DNA of 64,000 nt from Bdellovibrionales bacterium (GTDB lineage Bacteria > Pseudomonadota > Alphaproteobacteria > UBA9219). Each line of letters starts with the position of its first letter. Positions within the stretch are counted from its first letter, which is position 1. Below, piece by piece: positions 1-9,416 of this stretch. Position numbers and translations under genes: made by a program. Below the pieces are notes generated by a model. That model worked only from the letters and a program-made list of their open reading frames with translations, was not told the origin of the DNA and made no database searches. The stretch spans positions 17,955 through 81,954 of the forward strand of contig JBEOJY010000033.1 of the NCBI GenBank assembly GCA_040275305.1. The letters are read 5' to 3'.

Positions 1-729
1 TAAGTCTTGTTTTTTCGCATCATTAAGTTCCCCAAGATATTCTATGCCGTTTTTGCCAAGCTCTGGCTCTATCTTGGATTCAAAATAATCGCGATGGGCT
101 GGATATATTTTTGCGCCAATACGCAACGGAAGGCCGGATTCCTTTGCGATTTCGATTGCGATATGCGGGCCTTTATCCGGAACAAAACTGCCGAGAAACG
201 CCAGATATTTTCCCTCCTCATAGCGTGGAGAATAGAGATTATTCGGCATTCCGTTGAGCGCTGTTCCTACCCAATTAAGTTCCGGGGCAAAGGAACGCTG
301 AGTCTCTGAGATCGCGATGTAAGGGTGCTTCGCGCAGTAATCTTGATGGAAGTTATCCTCCAGCGGGTGAATATGGAATGTCGTGACGTAAGGAACGCGC
401 AACGATTGTTCAATTAGATATTGAATATGGCTGCAATGAAAGTTGATGATATCAAAATTATCTTGCTCCTTGAGAAGATCGAGCATCTGCCGCGCATGGT
501 CTCGAACGGGTGCAAAATACGGCGGATTTAATCCGATGGCTTTGGGGATGATGGCATGAATAGTGCCCGCCGTTTTTGAATCCCCGGAACAAAAGACCGT
601 CACGTTATGTCCCAAAGACGACAGTTCTTGCGCGAGGTAGTGAACATCGCGTTCGATGCCGCCGTATCCATAGGGCGGCACAGATACATAGAGGGGAGCA
701 ACGAGCGCAATTTTCAATTTATCTGACAT
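1..729 (-). CDS. Glycosyltransferase family 4 protein, N-terminal 243 codons. The gene continues beyond the window edge.
   Basis: Reverse-strand translation from the ATG at 729-727 gives an open frame to position 1 with no stop codon. The product begins MSDKLKIALVAPLYVSVPPYGYGGIERDVHYLAQELSSLGHNVTVFCSG, which is GT4-like (GT-B fold). The ATG lies 8 nt upstream of the otsA-like stop (ATGTCAGATAA), which suggests translational coupling. The six-frame track missed it because the stop lies off-window. Confidence 0.6.
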   Translation of the reverse strand, partial: MSDKLKIALVAPLYVSVPPYGYGGIERDVHYLAQELSSLGHNVTVFCSGDSKTAGTIHAIIPKAIGLNPPYFAPVRDHARQMLDLLKEQDNFDIINFHCSHIQYLIEQSLRVPYVTTFHIHPLEDNFHQDYCAKHPYIAISETQRSFAPELNWVGTALNGMPNNLYSPRYEEGKYLAFLGSFVPDKGPHIAIEIAKESGLPLRIGAKIYPAHRDYFESKIEPELGKNGIEYLGELNDAKKQDL

Positions 730-2980
730 TCTCATCTTTCAACGTTGTTTCAAAAATGTAGTTCTCGCTATTCTGATCGAGATCGCTGACAAGCGCATTT
801 AGTTGTTGCTTCTTGTGCAAGATTGCGGCGTCAGCCAGAATTTTTCCCGCCCAACGAAACACGTTGTTGTGTTTCAGGTGTTCGCGCATCGTGTGCATCT
901 GTTCCCTTTGGATGTTTTCTGGAACACTCAGCGCGGCAAGTAACGCTGTTACAAAGTCTCTTTCGTCGTGCGGATTAACTGGAATACTATGGGGGAGTTC
1001 TTTAACGGCTCCTGCAAAGCGGCTGATGATAACAACGCCTAATTCGTCGTCCCTTGCCGCTATGAACTCTTTTGCAACGAGATTCATCCCGTCATGCAGG
1101 GAGGAAACCACGCAAATGTCGGCGGCGCGATAGAATCGGTAGACGTCTTCTTTCGATTGGTTTTCCAGACGAAGGTAAACCGGGGTCCAGTTTTCTGTTT
1201 CGAATTCTCGATTTATCTCCGAGCAGATGCGTTGAACGTCCTGTGCCGTTTGCGTGTATACGCCAAGATCTTTGCGCGGCGAGAGCGCGGCGATTTGAAT
1301 AAAATTGACCTTCCCATGCAATGCTTTGTTTTCTCTCAAAAGAGTGTGAAAGGCCGACAGTCTTTCTGGAATTCCCTTGACAAAGTCCATGCGCTCAACA
1401 CCCAAGAAGACTTTGTTCTGAGGGGGGATGCCGAGTTCATCCCGTAGATTTTTCCGACAGACTTCCGTTGGCTCGATTTGAGAAAGTCTTTCGAGGGGCC
1501 ATTCTATGGAAACCGGATAAGCGCGCACCAAGCAGTGATGCCCAAAACGCTCAACTGAATCCAACTCCATATCAACACGCGCTTCAAGATTTGCTCGGAC
1601 GACATCGAAGAAATTGTTGCACATATAGGCCGTTTGCATGCCCACAATGTCGCTGGAAAGAATTCCGTCCAAGAAGTCCTTTCCCCATGGCAGAATGCTG
1701 AATATCTCGCTGTTGGGCCAAGGAATATGCCAATAGAGGACGACGACGGCCTTAGGCAACTTTTCCTTTACCATGCGAGGGACAAGCGCGAGTTGGTAGT
1801 CTTGCACAAGAACGATGGGGGATTCAGTTTGCGCTTCCGCGATAATGGCGTCGGCATACATCTGGTTTGTTTTTACATAAACCAGCCAGTCTTTTTCACA
1901 AAAATGCGGCTTGATGTAGCCCATGCTGCAACACAGGGGATAAATACCACCAGAACAAATGCCGTGATAGAAACTCTCATAATCGCTTTTTGACTGACGA
2001 ATTCTTCTTAAAAAATAGTGTTTTCCGAATTCTTCGATTTTGACGTGATCAAGCTTCTTATCGGGTTTACCAACGCCAATAGCTATCCACGTGCCAGAGC
2101 AGGCTTTAACCACAGGCTCCATGGCGGTGACGAGGCCGTTAACATTTCTTTTTTCCGTGACGGTTCCTTTGTCATCCCGACAGTGGGTGACAGGTTCCCT
2201 GAAGGACGCTACGAGAACCTGCGTAGAGGGAAAGCTCTCTCGAATGAGACTCTGCAGGTTTTTATCCGTCCAGATAGCCCCATCTTGCCGTTGCCTCAAA
2301 TATTCTTTTTCAAGCCCGCGCACCTCTTTTTGGATGTCGCGTATCAGGGGGAGAATATCTCTAGACAGGCCTTTGGGCGGCAATCCTTTCTGGAGATAAT
2401 TCCTTATCGCCTTTGTCCACCCAGAAAGGGTGATGCGCGCAACAAGAACGGTAATCAGCGTCACGACACCGCAAACGACCAATAAGAAGATGACGGCATA
2501 TTTGGTTGTTGTTTCTTCACGCCGATCAATAAAAGAGAGATCGTGCGCTATAACGATTTTGTGACCTTCTTCTCCTGCCTCTAAAGCAAGAGGGAAGCTG
2601 GCAATCAAAACACTGCCCCCTTTCAAATAGATAGGGTCAAACACCTCTTTCTCTGTTATGGGGTTCTGGTCACAGCTGTAATCGTCTGGAAATGCTTTGC
2701 TCTTGTAAACGGGCGCTTTTTCAATGCCACAATAGGCAAGACCGATAACACGCTTATCTTCTGCCACTCTGGAAAATAAGCTTTGAATTCGTGAACTGTT
2801 TTTAAGGTGCAGCGCTTCCCTGACGTTATCCTCAATCGAAGAAAAAATAAGCTGTGATCGCATGCGAACGTCCGCGATGAACCACTCCGTGGTTATCGTT
2901 TCAGCAAACGGGATCAACGCAAACGCCGTTAATATGATGGTAGCGATAAGGGGTAAACCAAATCGAACAAGAAGCTTCAC
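719..2980 (-). CDS. otsA: Membrane-anchored trehalose-6-phosphate synthase (GT20/OtsA domain) with an N-terminal two-TM periplasmic sensor-like domain
   Basis: The C-terminal 460 aa or so carry OtsA hallmarks: VVLYWHIPWPNSEIFSILPWGKDFLDGILSSDIVGMQTAY and HDGMNLVAKEF. The N-terminal 290 aa or so contain two hydrophobic helices (aa 5-25 and 165-188) flanking a roughly 140-aa soluble segment. Confidence 0.7.
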   Translation of the reverse strand: MKLLVRFGLPLIATIILTAFALIPFAETITTEWFIADVRMRSQLIFSSIEDNVREALHLKNSSRIQSLFSRVAEDKRVIGLAYCGIEKAPVYKSKAFPDDYSCDQNPITEKEVFDPIYLKGGSVLIASFPLALEAGEEGHKIVIAHDLSFIDRREETTTKYAVIFLLVVCGVVTLITVLVARITLSGWTKAIRNYLQKGLPPKGLSRDILPLIRDIQKEVRGLEKEYLRQRQDGAIWTDKNLQSLIRESFPSTQVLVASFREPVTHCRDDKGTVTEKRNVNGLVTAMEPVVKACSGTWIAIGVGKPDKKLDHVKIEEFGKHYFLRRIRQSKSDYESFYHGICSGGIYPLCCSMGYIKPHFCEKDWLVYVKTNQMYADAIIAEAQTESPIVLVQDYQLALVPRMVKEKLPKAVVVLYWHIPWPNSEIFSILPWGKDFLDGILSSDIVGMQTAYMCNNFFDVVRANLEARVDMELDSVERFGHHCLVRAYPVSIEWPLERLSQIEPTEVCRKNLRDELGIPPQNKVFLGVERMDFVKGIPERLSAFHTLLRENKALHGKVNFIQIAALSPRKDLGVYTQTAQDVQRICSEINREFETENWTPVYLRLENQSKEDVYRFYRAADICVVSSLHDGMNLVAKEFIAARDDELGVVIISRFAGAVKELPHSIPVNPHDERDFVTALLAALSVPENIQREQMHTMREHLKHNNVFRWAGKILADAAILHKKQQLNALVSDLDQNSENYIFETTLKDENVR

Positions 2981-3163
2981 CTCGACGCGTCCTCCATTGA
3001 ATACGGGATTTTTCTTTTAATGTCTTTTTCCACTCAAGCCAACCCTCTTGACACGGAGTACAAATTTCGCTAGCTCTTAGTGGAGCCGCGTCTGCTTTTG
3101 AAAATGACTCGCCAACTTTTGATGTGCGGTTGGTATATTGAACTTTGTCCGGTTTGACTTTAT

Positions 3164-5014
3164 TTAGCGATTACGTTTGCGCAATGCGTTGATCTTTTCC
3201 GCTTTTGATGAATCTATCCACCAGTCGCCAATAATGTCGAGGCCATAAGGAGGCGGGGTGTTGGGGCGTCCAAAAATATCCCAAGCCGCTACGCGGTAGG
3301 CTCCGAAATGCCAGTGCGGTATGACGTAATGTTGCCAAAGCAGCAAGCGGTCTAGCGCGTGGCAGGCTGTGACGAGCTCTTCGCGCGACTGGCTTCTGAT
3401 TAAGCGATTCACAATGTCATCCACGGCTGGATCGCGTACGCCAATTCGGTTGCGGCTGCCTTTTGTGTTTGCTTTGGTCGAGGACCAGAAGTCGTATTGT
3501 TCATTGCCGGGCGAGAGGCTTTGGCCGAAGACGTAGATGATCATGTCATAGTCAAAGTTATCCAAACGATTCTGATACTGCGACGAATCGACAATGCGCA
3601 GGTTGGCTTGAATGCCGAGGCGTTCGAGATTGCGGATAAAGGGTTGCGCCCAGCGCTCAAAAATTGGTTTGTTGTCGAGAATTTCGAAAACAAACGGTTT
3701 TCCCTGCGCGTTGACGAGCTTGCCTTCCTTGCTCAGGGTCCAGCCTGCCTGTTTTAGCAAATCGGCTGCTTTATGCAGATTTTCGCGATTGTCGCCGCTG
3801 CCGTCCGTTACAGGAGGGGCGTATTCATGCGTGAAAACTTCGTCAGGAACTTTGCCGCGCCATGGTTCAAGCAGCTTGAGTTCTTCTTTCGATGGCAACC
3901 CTTTAGAGGCCAATTCTGAATTGTCAAAATAGCTGCGCGTGCGTTCGTAGGCGCCGTAGGCTACGTTTTTGTTGCCCCATTCGAAATCGAACGCGTAGTT
4001 GAGCGCTTCGCGCACGCGGCGATCCTTGAACAGGTCTCGGCGCGTGTTCATGACAAAGCCCTGCATTCCGGAAGGCAGCTCGTTCTTGATGACGAGCTTC
4101 TGAATTTGTCCTTGACGGACGGCGGGTGTCGTGTAGGCGAGCGCCCAATTCTTGGCGACATTTTCCATGCGCAGGTCGTAGCGTCCCGCGAACAAGGCTT
4201 CGAGCGCCACGGTTTCGTCGCGGTAGTAATCATAGACGATTGTATCGAAATTATAGCGGCCTTTGTTGATGGGCAGGTCTTTGGCCCACCAATCTTTCAC
4301 GCGCTTGAAGCTTAGGCTGCGGCCTTGCTCAATGGCATCGAATTCGTAGGGGCCGCTGCCCATGATTGGTTGCAAAGTTGTGGCAGAGAAATCCTTTCCT
4401 TGCCAGAACGCTTTCGAGAAGACGGGTAATTGCCCTAGAATCATCGGAAGTTCGGCGTTTGTTTTATCTTTTAGAATAAAGCGGACTTCGCGCGGCCCCG
4501 TCTTTTCGGCTTTGGCAACGTCCTTGTAATAGCTGCGATACTGCGGGTGGCCTTTATCGCGTAGAATTTCGTACGAAAAAATGACATCGTCTGGAGTCAC
4601 CGAGCTGCCGTCATGGAATCTGGCTTGAGGACGTAGTTTATAGGACACCCAGCTGCGATCTTGAGCTACTGCGACTGTTTCCGCAATCCAGCCATATTGG
4701 CTGAATGGCTCGTCGAGCGCAGCGGCCATCAGCGTTTCAAAGACCAGTCCGGCGCCATCGGCAGCGACCCCTTTGAGCGTGAACGGATTGATTGTGTCGT
4801 AGGTTCCGAGGGATGCCAAGCGCAACTCGCCGCCTTTGGGCGCGTTCGGGTTGGCGTGGTCAAAATGTTGGAAATCTGCGTGATATTTTGTGTTGCCATG
4901 AAGGGCGAGGCCATGTTGAGGACCTTCGGGCAATGCGGCAGCAGGCGTAGCCATGCCAATCAACAGCGTTCCCATCATAAGCGAGAGCGCAGATATCGTA
5001 GAAATTATACGCAT
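3164..5014 (-). CDS. ABC transporter substrate-binding protein, family 5 (peptide/opine type, YejA-like)
   Basis: A signal peptide (MRIISTISALSLMMGTLLIGMATPAAA) is followed by an SBP_bac_5-like sequence. Start chosen at the ATG at 5014, which has an AGGAA Shine-Dalgarno 9 nt upstream. No permease or ATPase gene lies in the window. Confidence 0.7.
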   Translation of the reverse strand: MRIISTISALSLMMGTLLIGMATPAAALPEGPQHGLALHGNTKYHADFQHFDHANPNAPKGGELRLASLGTYDTINPFTLKGVAADGAGLVFETLMAAALDEPFSQYGWIAETVAVAQDRSWVSYKLRPQARFHDGSSVTPDDVIFSYEILRDKGHPQYRSYYKDVAKAEKTGPREVRFILKDKTNAELPMILGQLPVFSKAFWQGKDFSATTLQPIMGSGPYEFDAIEQGRSLSFKRVKDWWAKDLPINKGRYNFDTIVYDYYRDETVALEALFAGRYDLRMENVAKNWALAYTTPAVRQGQIQKLVIKNELPSGMQGFVMNTRRDLFKDRRVREALNYAFDFEWGNKNVAYGAYERTRSYFDNSELASKGLPSKEELKLLEPWRGKVPDEVFTHEYAPPVTDGSGDNRENLHKAADLLKQAGWTLSKEGKLVNAQGKPFVFEILDNKPIFERWAQPFIRNLERLGIQANLRIVDSSQYQNRLDNFDYDMIIYVFGQSLSPGNEQYDFWSSTKANTKGSRNRIGVRDPAVDDIVNRLIRSQSREELVTACHALDRLLLWQHYVIPHWHFGAYRVAAWDIFGRPNTPPPYGLDIIGDWWIDSSKAEKINALRKRNR

Positions 5015-5018
5015 GTGG

Positions 5019-5804
5019 CTATTTCCTGGCTTGCAGCAACTCGACAAGGTTCTGCCATCGGTGCGACGAGAGAAGCTGGGCATAGACTAGCCCAAGCCAG
5101 CCTTTGCGACGCCAGTGCATGAAAACGTTATCAGGCAGCGCATCGAATTTCTTGGGGTCGATGACGAGAAATCCGTTGAGTTGTAGCTGGGTGCCGTCTC
5201 GAAGATCGATTTGGGCATCATTTTGCATCAAGAGGTCGAATTCTTTCAGCGCATTGACGAATTCGTCGGTGCCTTCGCCTTGTTGTCGCAGGGTGGCGCA
5301 AAAATCCATTGCGCCTTTTGTGAAAGAACTGGGTTGCCCGTCCGGTTCAAATAACGCAAATTCTCCTTCTTTACCAAGCATTTCGCACTTTTCGTCGAGG
5401 CAGAGCACAAATTGCTTTTGGGTTGGGTCGTCCATCAGGATGAAGGGGTAACGGCGCACGTAGGCGGGCAGGTAGGCTCCGCTTTGCCAACGGTATTCTT
5501 TGTCGAGAAATAGGTTGCTGTCGTTGCGTAAGCCGACCACTGCCGCTGGAATCGGGTTCGCTCCTGCCGCGAAAACGATGGGGTAGTAGGCGGAGGCCAT
5601 CGGAAATTCGTCGATTAATAGCGGGATCGCGTTGGTGTTGTTCGCGAATTTGAAATTAGTCGGGCGTGAAAGGCGTAGTTCCAAGTCGCGCGAGCGATCA
5701 AGGGGACGCGGCGCGTTGTAGAACATCGGGAGCGCAGTTTCCTGCGACGCATTTTGCGCTTGCGTTGAGGGAGGCGTCGGTTTGGTTGGGGGGATATCTG
5801 CCAT
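5019..5804 (-). CDS. SapC family protein
   Basis: The sequence NAIPLLIDEFPMASAYYPIVFAAGANPIPAAVVGLRNDSNLFLD resembles the SapC family. Start at MADIPP (5804), with a GGTG ribosome-binding site upstream. A longer ORF to 5885 is possible. Confidence 0.5.
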   Translation of the reverse strand: MADIPPTKPTPPSTQAQNASQETALPMFYNAPRPLDRSRDLELRLSRPTNFKFANNTNAIPLLIDEFPMASAYYPIVFAAGANPIPAAVVGLRNDSNLFLDKEYRWQSGAYLPAYVRRYPFILMDDPTQKQFVLCLDEKCEMLGKEGEFALFEPDGQPSSFTKGAMDFCATLRQQGEGTDEFVNALKEFDLLMQNDAQIDLRDGTQLQLNGFLVIDPKKFDALPDNVFMHWRRKGWLGLVYAQLLSSHRWQNLVELLQARK

Positions 5805-6050
5805 GGAATGCACCTTGGTGAAGTGGCGGCTCGTCATGCGTTTCGACAATACAGGAAAATCCAGACGACACAAGGCATGGGTCATGTGGTGCCATTATGG
5901 CACTGTCATGATAGAAGGTTTGGGTATACTGAAAATTAATCTTTGAAACCTAGCTTCGTTCTGTAATGTGTGTGTGCGTGGTATCAGGCCTTTCCCAAGG
6001 GCATGCGCGCATGTAGTTTCCGGCGGCCTTCTTCCGCAAGGAGTTTCCTT

Positions 6051-7691
6051 ATGTTTCCGCTTTTCCCTATGTTGCCTCCGTTCCCGTTGTTTCCGGTGTT
6101 TTTTTCACCTATGTCCTCTCCGGATGGCGGGGGGGCGTCAGGTGATTCGAATCGACCCTCCTTGCTGACTGCTTCTTCCGCAGTGCCACACGTTGTGCCA
6201 TTTCCTTCCGTTGGGAACACGCAACCTATGGCGAGCTCAGGAGATTCTTCGGGGGCTTATAAAGCCATTCCTTCCGCATCTACGGAAGGATGGGTGGAGA
6301 ATCGGACTTTTGACGAGATCGCTATAGGCGAGAGCGCCAAAATGACACGAGAGATTACCAAGCGCGATGTCGATCTGTTCGCCTTGGTATCTGGGGATCT
6401 TAACCCAACGCACGTCGATGAGGATTATGCCAAAGATAGCATGCATCAGCGGCTGCTGGCGCATAGCCTTTTGAGCGGCGCTATGATTTCGGCTGTGCTC
6501 GGCACAAAGTTGCCAGGGGCGGGCACTGTTTATGAGTCGCAGGATCTTAAGTTCAAGACACCGTTGCATATCGGGGATAAGGCAACAGTTGTCGTGACGG
6601 TTAAAGAAAAAGACCCAGTGCGCAAGATTATCGCTATGGACTGTCTTTGCGTTGATCAAGACGGGCGGGAGATTATGACTGGAACGGCGCGTGTTTTTGC
6701 GCCGGTTGAGAAAGTCAAGCGCCCGCCTGTAGAAATGGCGGAAGTTGAGCTGCTGCATCACAATCGTTTGCGCCAGCTGATACAACAAGCGAAGCAGTAT
6801 CCGCCTTTATCGACAGCAATCGTACATCCCTGCGATGCCGTTTCGCTCGAAGGCATGGATCAGGCTGCGCGTGAGGGGCTTATCAAGCCCATATTGATCG
6901 GGCCGGAAGACAAGATTCGCGAGGCTGCGCAGAAAGCGGGGGTCAAGATCAGCGATTATGAGTTGATTGATGTTCCTCACAGCGTTGCGGCTGCGCAGAA
7001 GTCTGTCGAGCTGGCGCGAGATGGCAAGGTAGGGGCGTTAATGAAGGGTAGCCTCCATACCGATGAAATCATGGCCGCTATTGTCGCGCGCAATAGCGGG
7101 CTTCGCACCGGGCGACGCATGAGCCATGTGTTCGTGATGGATGTTCCGTCCTACAAATGGCCGCTTTTCATTACCGATATGGCCATTAATATCGCCCCAA
7201 CTTTGATGGAGAAGAAGGATATTTGCCAGAACGCGCTGGATCTTGCGAACGCTTTCGGCATTGAGAATCCGAAGCTTGCGATTCTTGCGGCGACCGAGAC
7301 GATCAACTATTCCATGCCGGCGACGCTTGACGCCGCCGCGCTGTGCAAGATGGCGCAGCGCAAGCAGATTACGGGCGGCACGCTTGATGGGCCGCTTGCT
7401 TTCGACAATGCGATCAGCGCGGAGGCGGCGAAGATCAAAGGCATCGTTTCTCCTGTGGCGGGACAGGCCGATATTCTGATGACTCCAAATATCGAGTCGG
7501 CAAACATGTTGGCAAAGCAGCTGACTTATCTGGCTGCTGCGGAAGCGGCGGGAATCGTTCTTGGAGCGGGCGTTCCGGTCATTTTGACGAGCCGAGCGGA
7601 TAGCGCGCAAACGCGCCTTGCTTCGGCGGCTTTGGCCGTGATTTCGATGGCAGGACAACGGGCTAGACTGGCAGCCAAAGTGGCGGGGTGA
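6051..7691 (+). CDS. pta: Bifunctional MaoC-like (R)-hydratase hotdog domain / phosphate acetyltransferase
   Basis: A MaoC dehydratase segment (TREITKRDVDLFALVSGDLNPTHVDEDYA) is followed by a Pta/Ptb domain (GLIKPILIGPEDKIREAAQKAGV...MKGSLHTDEIM). An AAGGAG Shine-Dalgarno lies 7 nt before the ATG at 6051. An ATG at 6228 (MASSG) is an alternative start. The N-terminal 60 aa or so from 6051 are Pro/Phe-rich low complexity. Confidence 0.75.
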   Translation: MFPLFPMLPPFPLFPVFFSPMSSPDGGGASGDSNRPSLLTASSAVPHVVPFPSVGNTQPMASSGDSSGAYKAIPSASTEGWVENRTFDEIAIGESAKMTREITKRDVDLFALVSGDLNPTHVDEDYAKDSMHQRLLAHSLLSGAMISAVLGTKLPGAGTVYESQDLKFKTPLHIGDKATVVVTVKEKDPVRKIIAMDCLCVDQDGREIMTGTARVFAPVEKVKRPPVEMAEVELLHHNRLRQLIQQAKQYPPLSTAIVHPCDAVSLEGMDQAAREGLIKPILIGPEDKIREAAQKAGVKISDYELIDVPHSVAAAQKSVELARDGKVGALMKGSLHTDEIMAAIVARNSGLRTGRRMSHVFVMDVPSYKWPLFITDMAINIAPTLMEKKDICQNALDLANAFGIENPKLAILAATETINYSMPATLDAAALCKMAQRKQITGGTLDGPLAFDNAISAEAAKIKGIVSPVAGQADILMTPNIESANMLAKQLTYLAAAEAAGIVLGAGVPVILTSRADSAQTRLASAALAVISMAGQRARLAAKVAG

Positions 7692-7696
7692 TTGCG

Positions 7697-8893
7697 ATGT
7701 CGGATAACTACATTCTTGTTTTGAACAGCGGTTCTTCAAGCCTGAAATTCGCTCTCTATACGCTGGAGTATCATCACTGCGTTGGGCAAGGATCGGTGAC
7801 TGGCATTGGACAGAGCAAGGCTACGCTTAAGACCAAAGGGCCTATTTTTGAGAATTCAGGGCAGGCGCAATTATCGCTTTCGGGCGATTGTTCGAGCGTT
7901 TCTCAGGCTGTCAATGTGTTGATGACGTGGCTGGAGTCTGTTTTGCCGCCGAACTCGTTCGGCGCGGTTGGGCATCGGGTGGTGCATGGCGGTCAACTTA
8001 AGAATCACTGCAAGGTCACGTCCGAGGTTGTCACCTACCTTCGTTCGTTGACCTCGCTTGCGCCTCTGCATCAGCCTTATAATCTTGAGGCGATTGAGCA
8101 GATCATGCGCACAAGGCCGAATGTGCCGCAGGTCGCCTGTATGGACACGATCTTCCATTCGAATATGCCAATGCTGCACAGGCGCTTTGGGTTGCCTCGC
8201 GCGATGCATGACAAGGGCATTATGCGCTATGGTTTTCATGGGCTATCCTATGAGTATATCGCGGGCAGGCTGGAGCGTTTGTCGCATAGAGGATTCGCTG
8301 GTCGCACGATTGTAGCGCATCTTGGGAGCGGATCGAGCCTTTGCGCCTTGAAGGGCGGGAAAAGCATCGACACTTCGCTTGGGTTTTCAACGCTTGACGG
8401 ACTCATGATGGGCACGCGGCCTGGCTCACTTGATGCGGGCGTGATTCTTTATTTTCTACAAGAGCTCAAGATGGACGCGAAAGCTCTTGAGAAGCTACTT
8501 TACAAGGAATCCGGTTTACTTGGCGTCTCTGGCGTCAGCGCGGACATGATTACTTTGCAGCAAAGCGATAAGCCGGAAGCTAAGGACGCGATTGATTTGT
8601 TCTGCCATAAGATCGTACGTGAGGCCGGAGCGCTGATTAGCGTTCTTGGCGGGTTGGATGCGTTTGTATTTACGGGCGGCATGGGCGAGCATTCGTCCAT
8701 GATTCGCTCGAAGGTTATAGATGGTCTAAAATGGATGGGGCTGGAATTCTCAAACCGTTCGCGCAATGCTTCAGTGCCTGATGGTCAGGAAGTGCTTTTG
8801 TCTCCGCCGCAAAACGCGGTTGAGGTTTGGGCTGTTCCCACTGACGAGGAAGCGATTATCGTCCGTCATACCTGTAAGCTCGCGTTCGCCTAG
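7697..8893 (+). CDS. ackA: Acetate kinase
   Basis: The N-terminus ILVLNSGSSSLKFALY is the acetate-kinase signature and the length is right. A GTG at 7688 overlaps the pta stop (GTGA) and is an alternative start. Confidence 0.85.
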   Translation: MSDNYILVLNSGSSSLKFALYTLEYHHCVGQGSVTGIGQSKATLKTKGPIFENSGQAQLSLSGDCSSVSQAVNVLMTWLESVLPPNSFGAVGHRVVHGGQLKNHCKVTSEVVTYLRSLTSLAPLHQPYNLEAIEQIMRTRPNVPQVACMDTIFHSNMPMLHRRFGLPRAMHDKGIMRYGFHGLSYEYIAGRLERLSHRGFAGRTIVAHLGSGSSLCALKGGKSIDTSLGFSTLDGLMMGTRPGSLDAGVILYFLQELKMDAKALEKLLYKESGLLGVSGVSADMITLQQSDKPEAKDAIDLFCHKIVREAGALISVLGGLDAFVFTGGMGEHSSMIRSKVIDGLKWMGLEFSNRSRNASVPDGQEVLLSPPQNAVEVWAVPTDEEAIIVRHTCKLAFA

Positions 8894-8895
8894 TT

Positions 8896-9300
8896 ATGGG
8901 CGATGTTGATTTGTCGGTTGTGGACTTTCTTTGGTTCAGGGGCTTGGCTGGTATCGTGGTGGGGCTTTGTCTCGGTAGTTTCGTGACGATGCTTAGCCAT
9001 AGATTGCCCCGAAAACAGTCGATTATAAGGCCAGCTTCGCGTTGCGCAAATTGTGGCGCCGCGCTTGGCGTTTGGGACTTGTTTCCTGTTTTTTCTTGGT
9101 TATTTCTGCGTGGACGCTGTCGGCGGTGCGGCGTGGCGATTAGCGTCCGTTATCCCATAATTGAGCTGGTTACGGCGTTGGGGGCTTTGGCTCTTTTTAT
9201 AAGCATTGGCTTTGATTTGTTGCTTTTTCCAGCACTTATGGCGCTCATCGCTGTTGTCTGCTTTATTACAATTTGGCTTGAGAACTCGCGTTCGCGTTGA
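8896..9300 (+). pseudogene. Truncated prepilin (type IV leader) peptidase, A24 family. Only the N-terminal CxxC...CxxC domain and first TM helices are present.
   Basis: The sequence SHRLPRKQSIIRPASRCANCGAALGVWDLFPVFSWLFLRGRCRRCGVAISVRYPIIELVTALG matches the N-terminal A24 domain. The ORF stops after 134 aa, before where the catalytic Asp-containing peptidase domain should be. The next gene starts about 100 bp later. Confidence 0.4.
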
Positions 9301-9416
9301 GTTTCCGGTCTCGCCCGCTTTGCCATGGATATTGAGCCTCTTGGTTGTTTGAGGGGTTTCCTCTATAGTCATTAGCTGTTTGTTTGATTTTTATACCTTC
9401 TGGATACGGAGTGGGT

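Noticed and set aside
7-309. Plus-strand 100-aa ORF at the window start
   Set aside because: It lies antisense to the much longer, stop-free GT4 reading frame (1-729, minus). It has no ribosome-binding site or homology.
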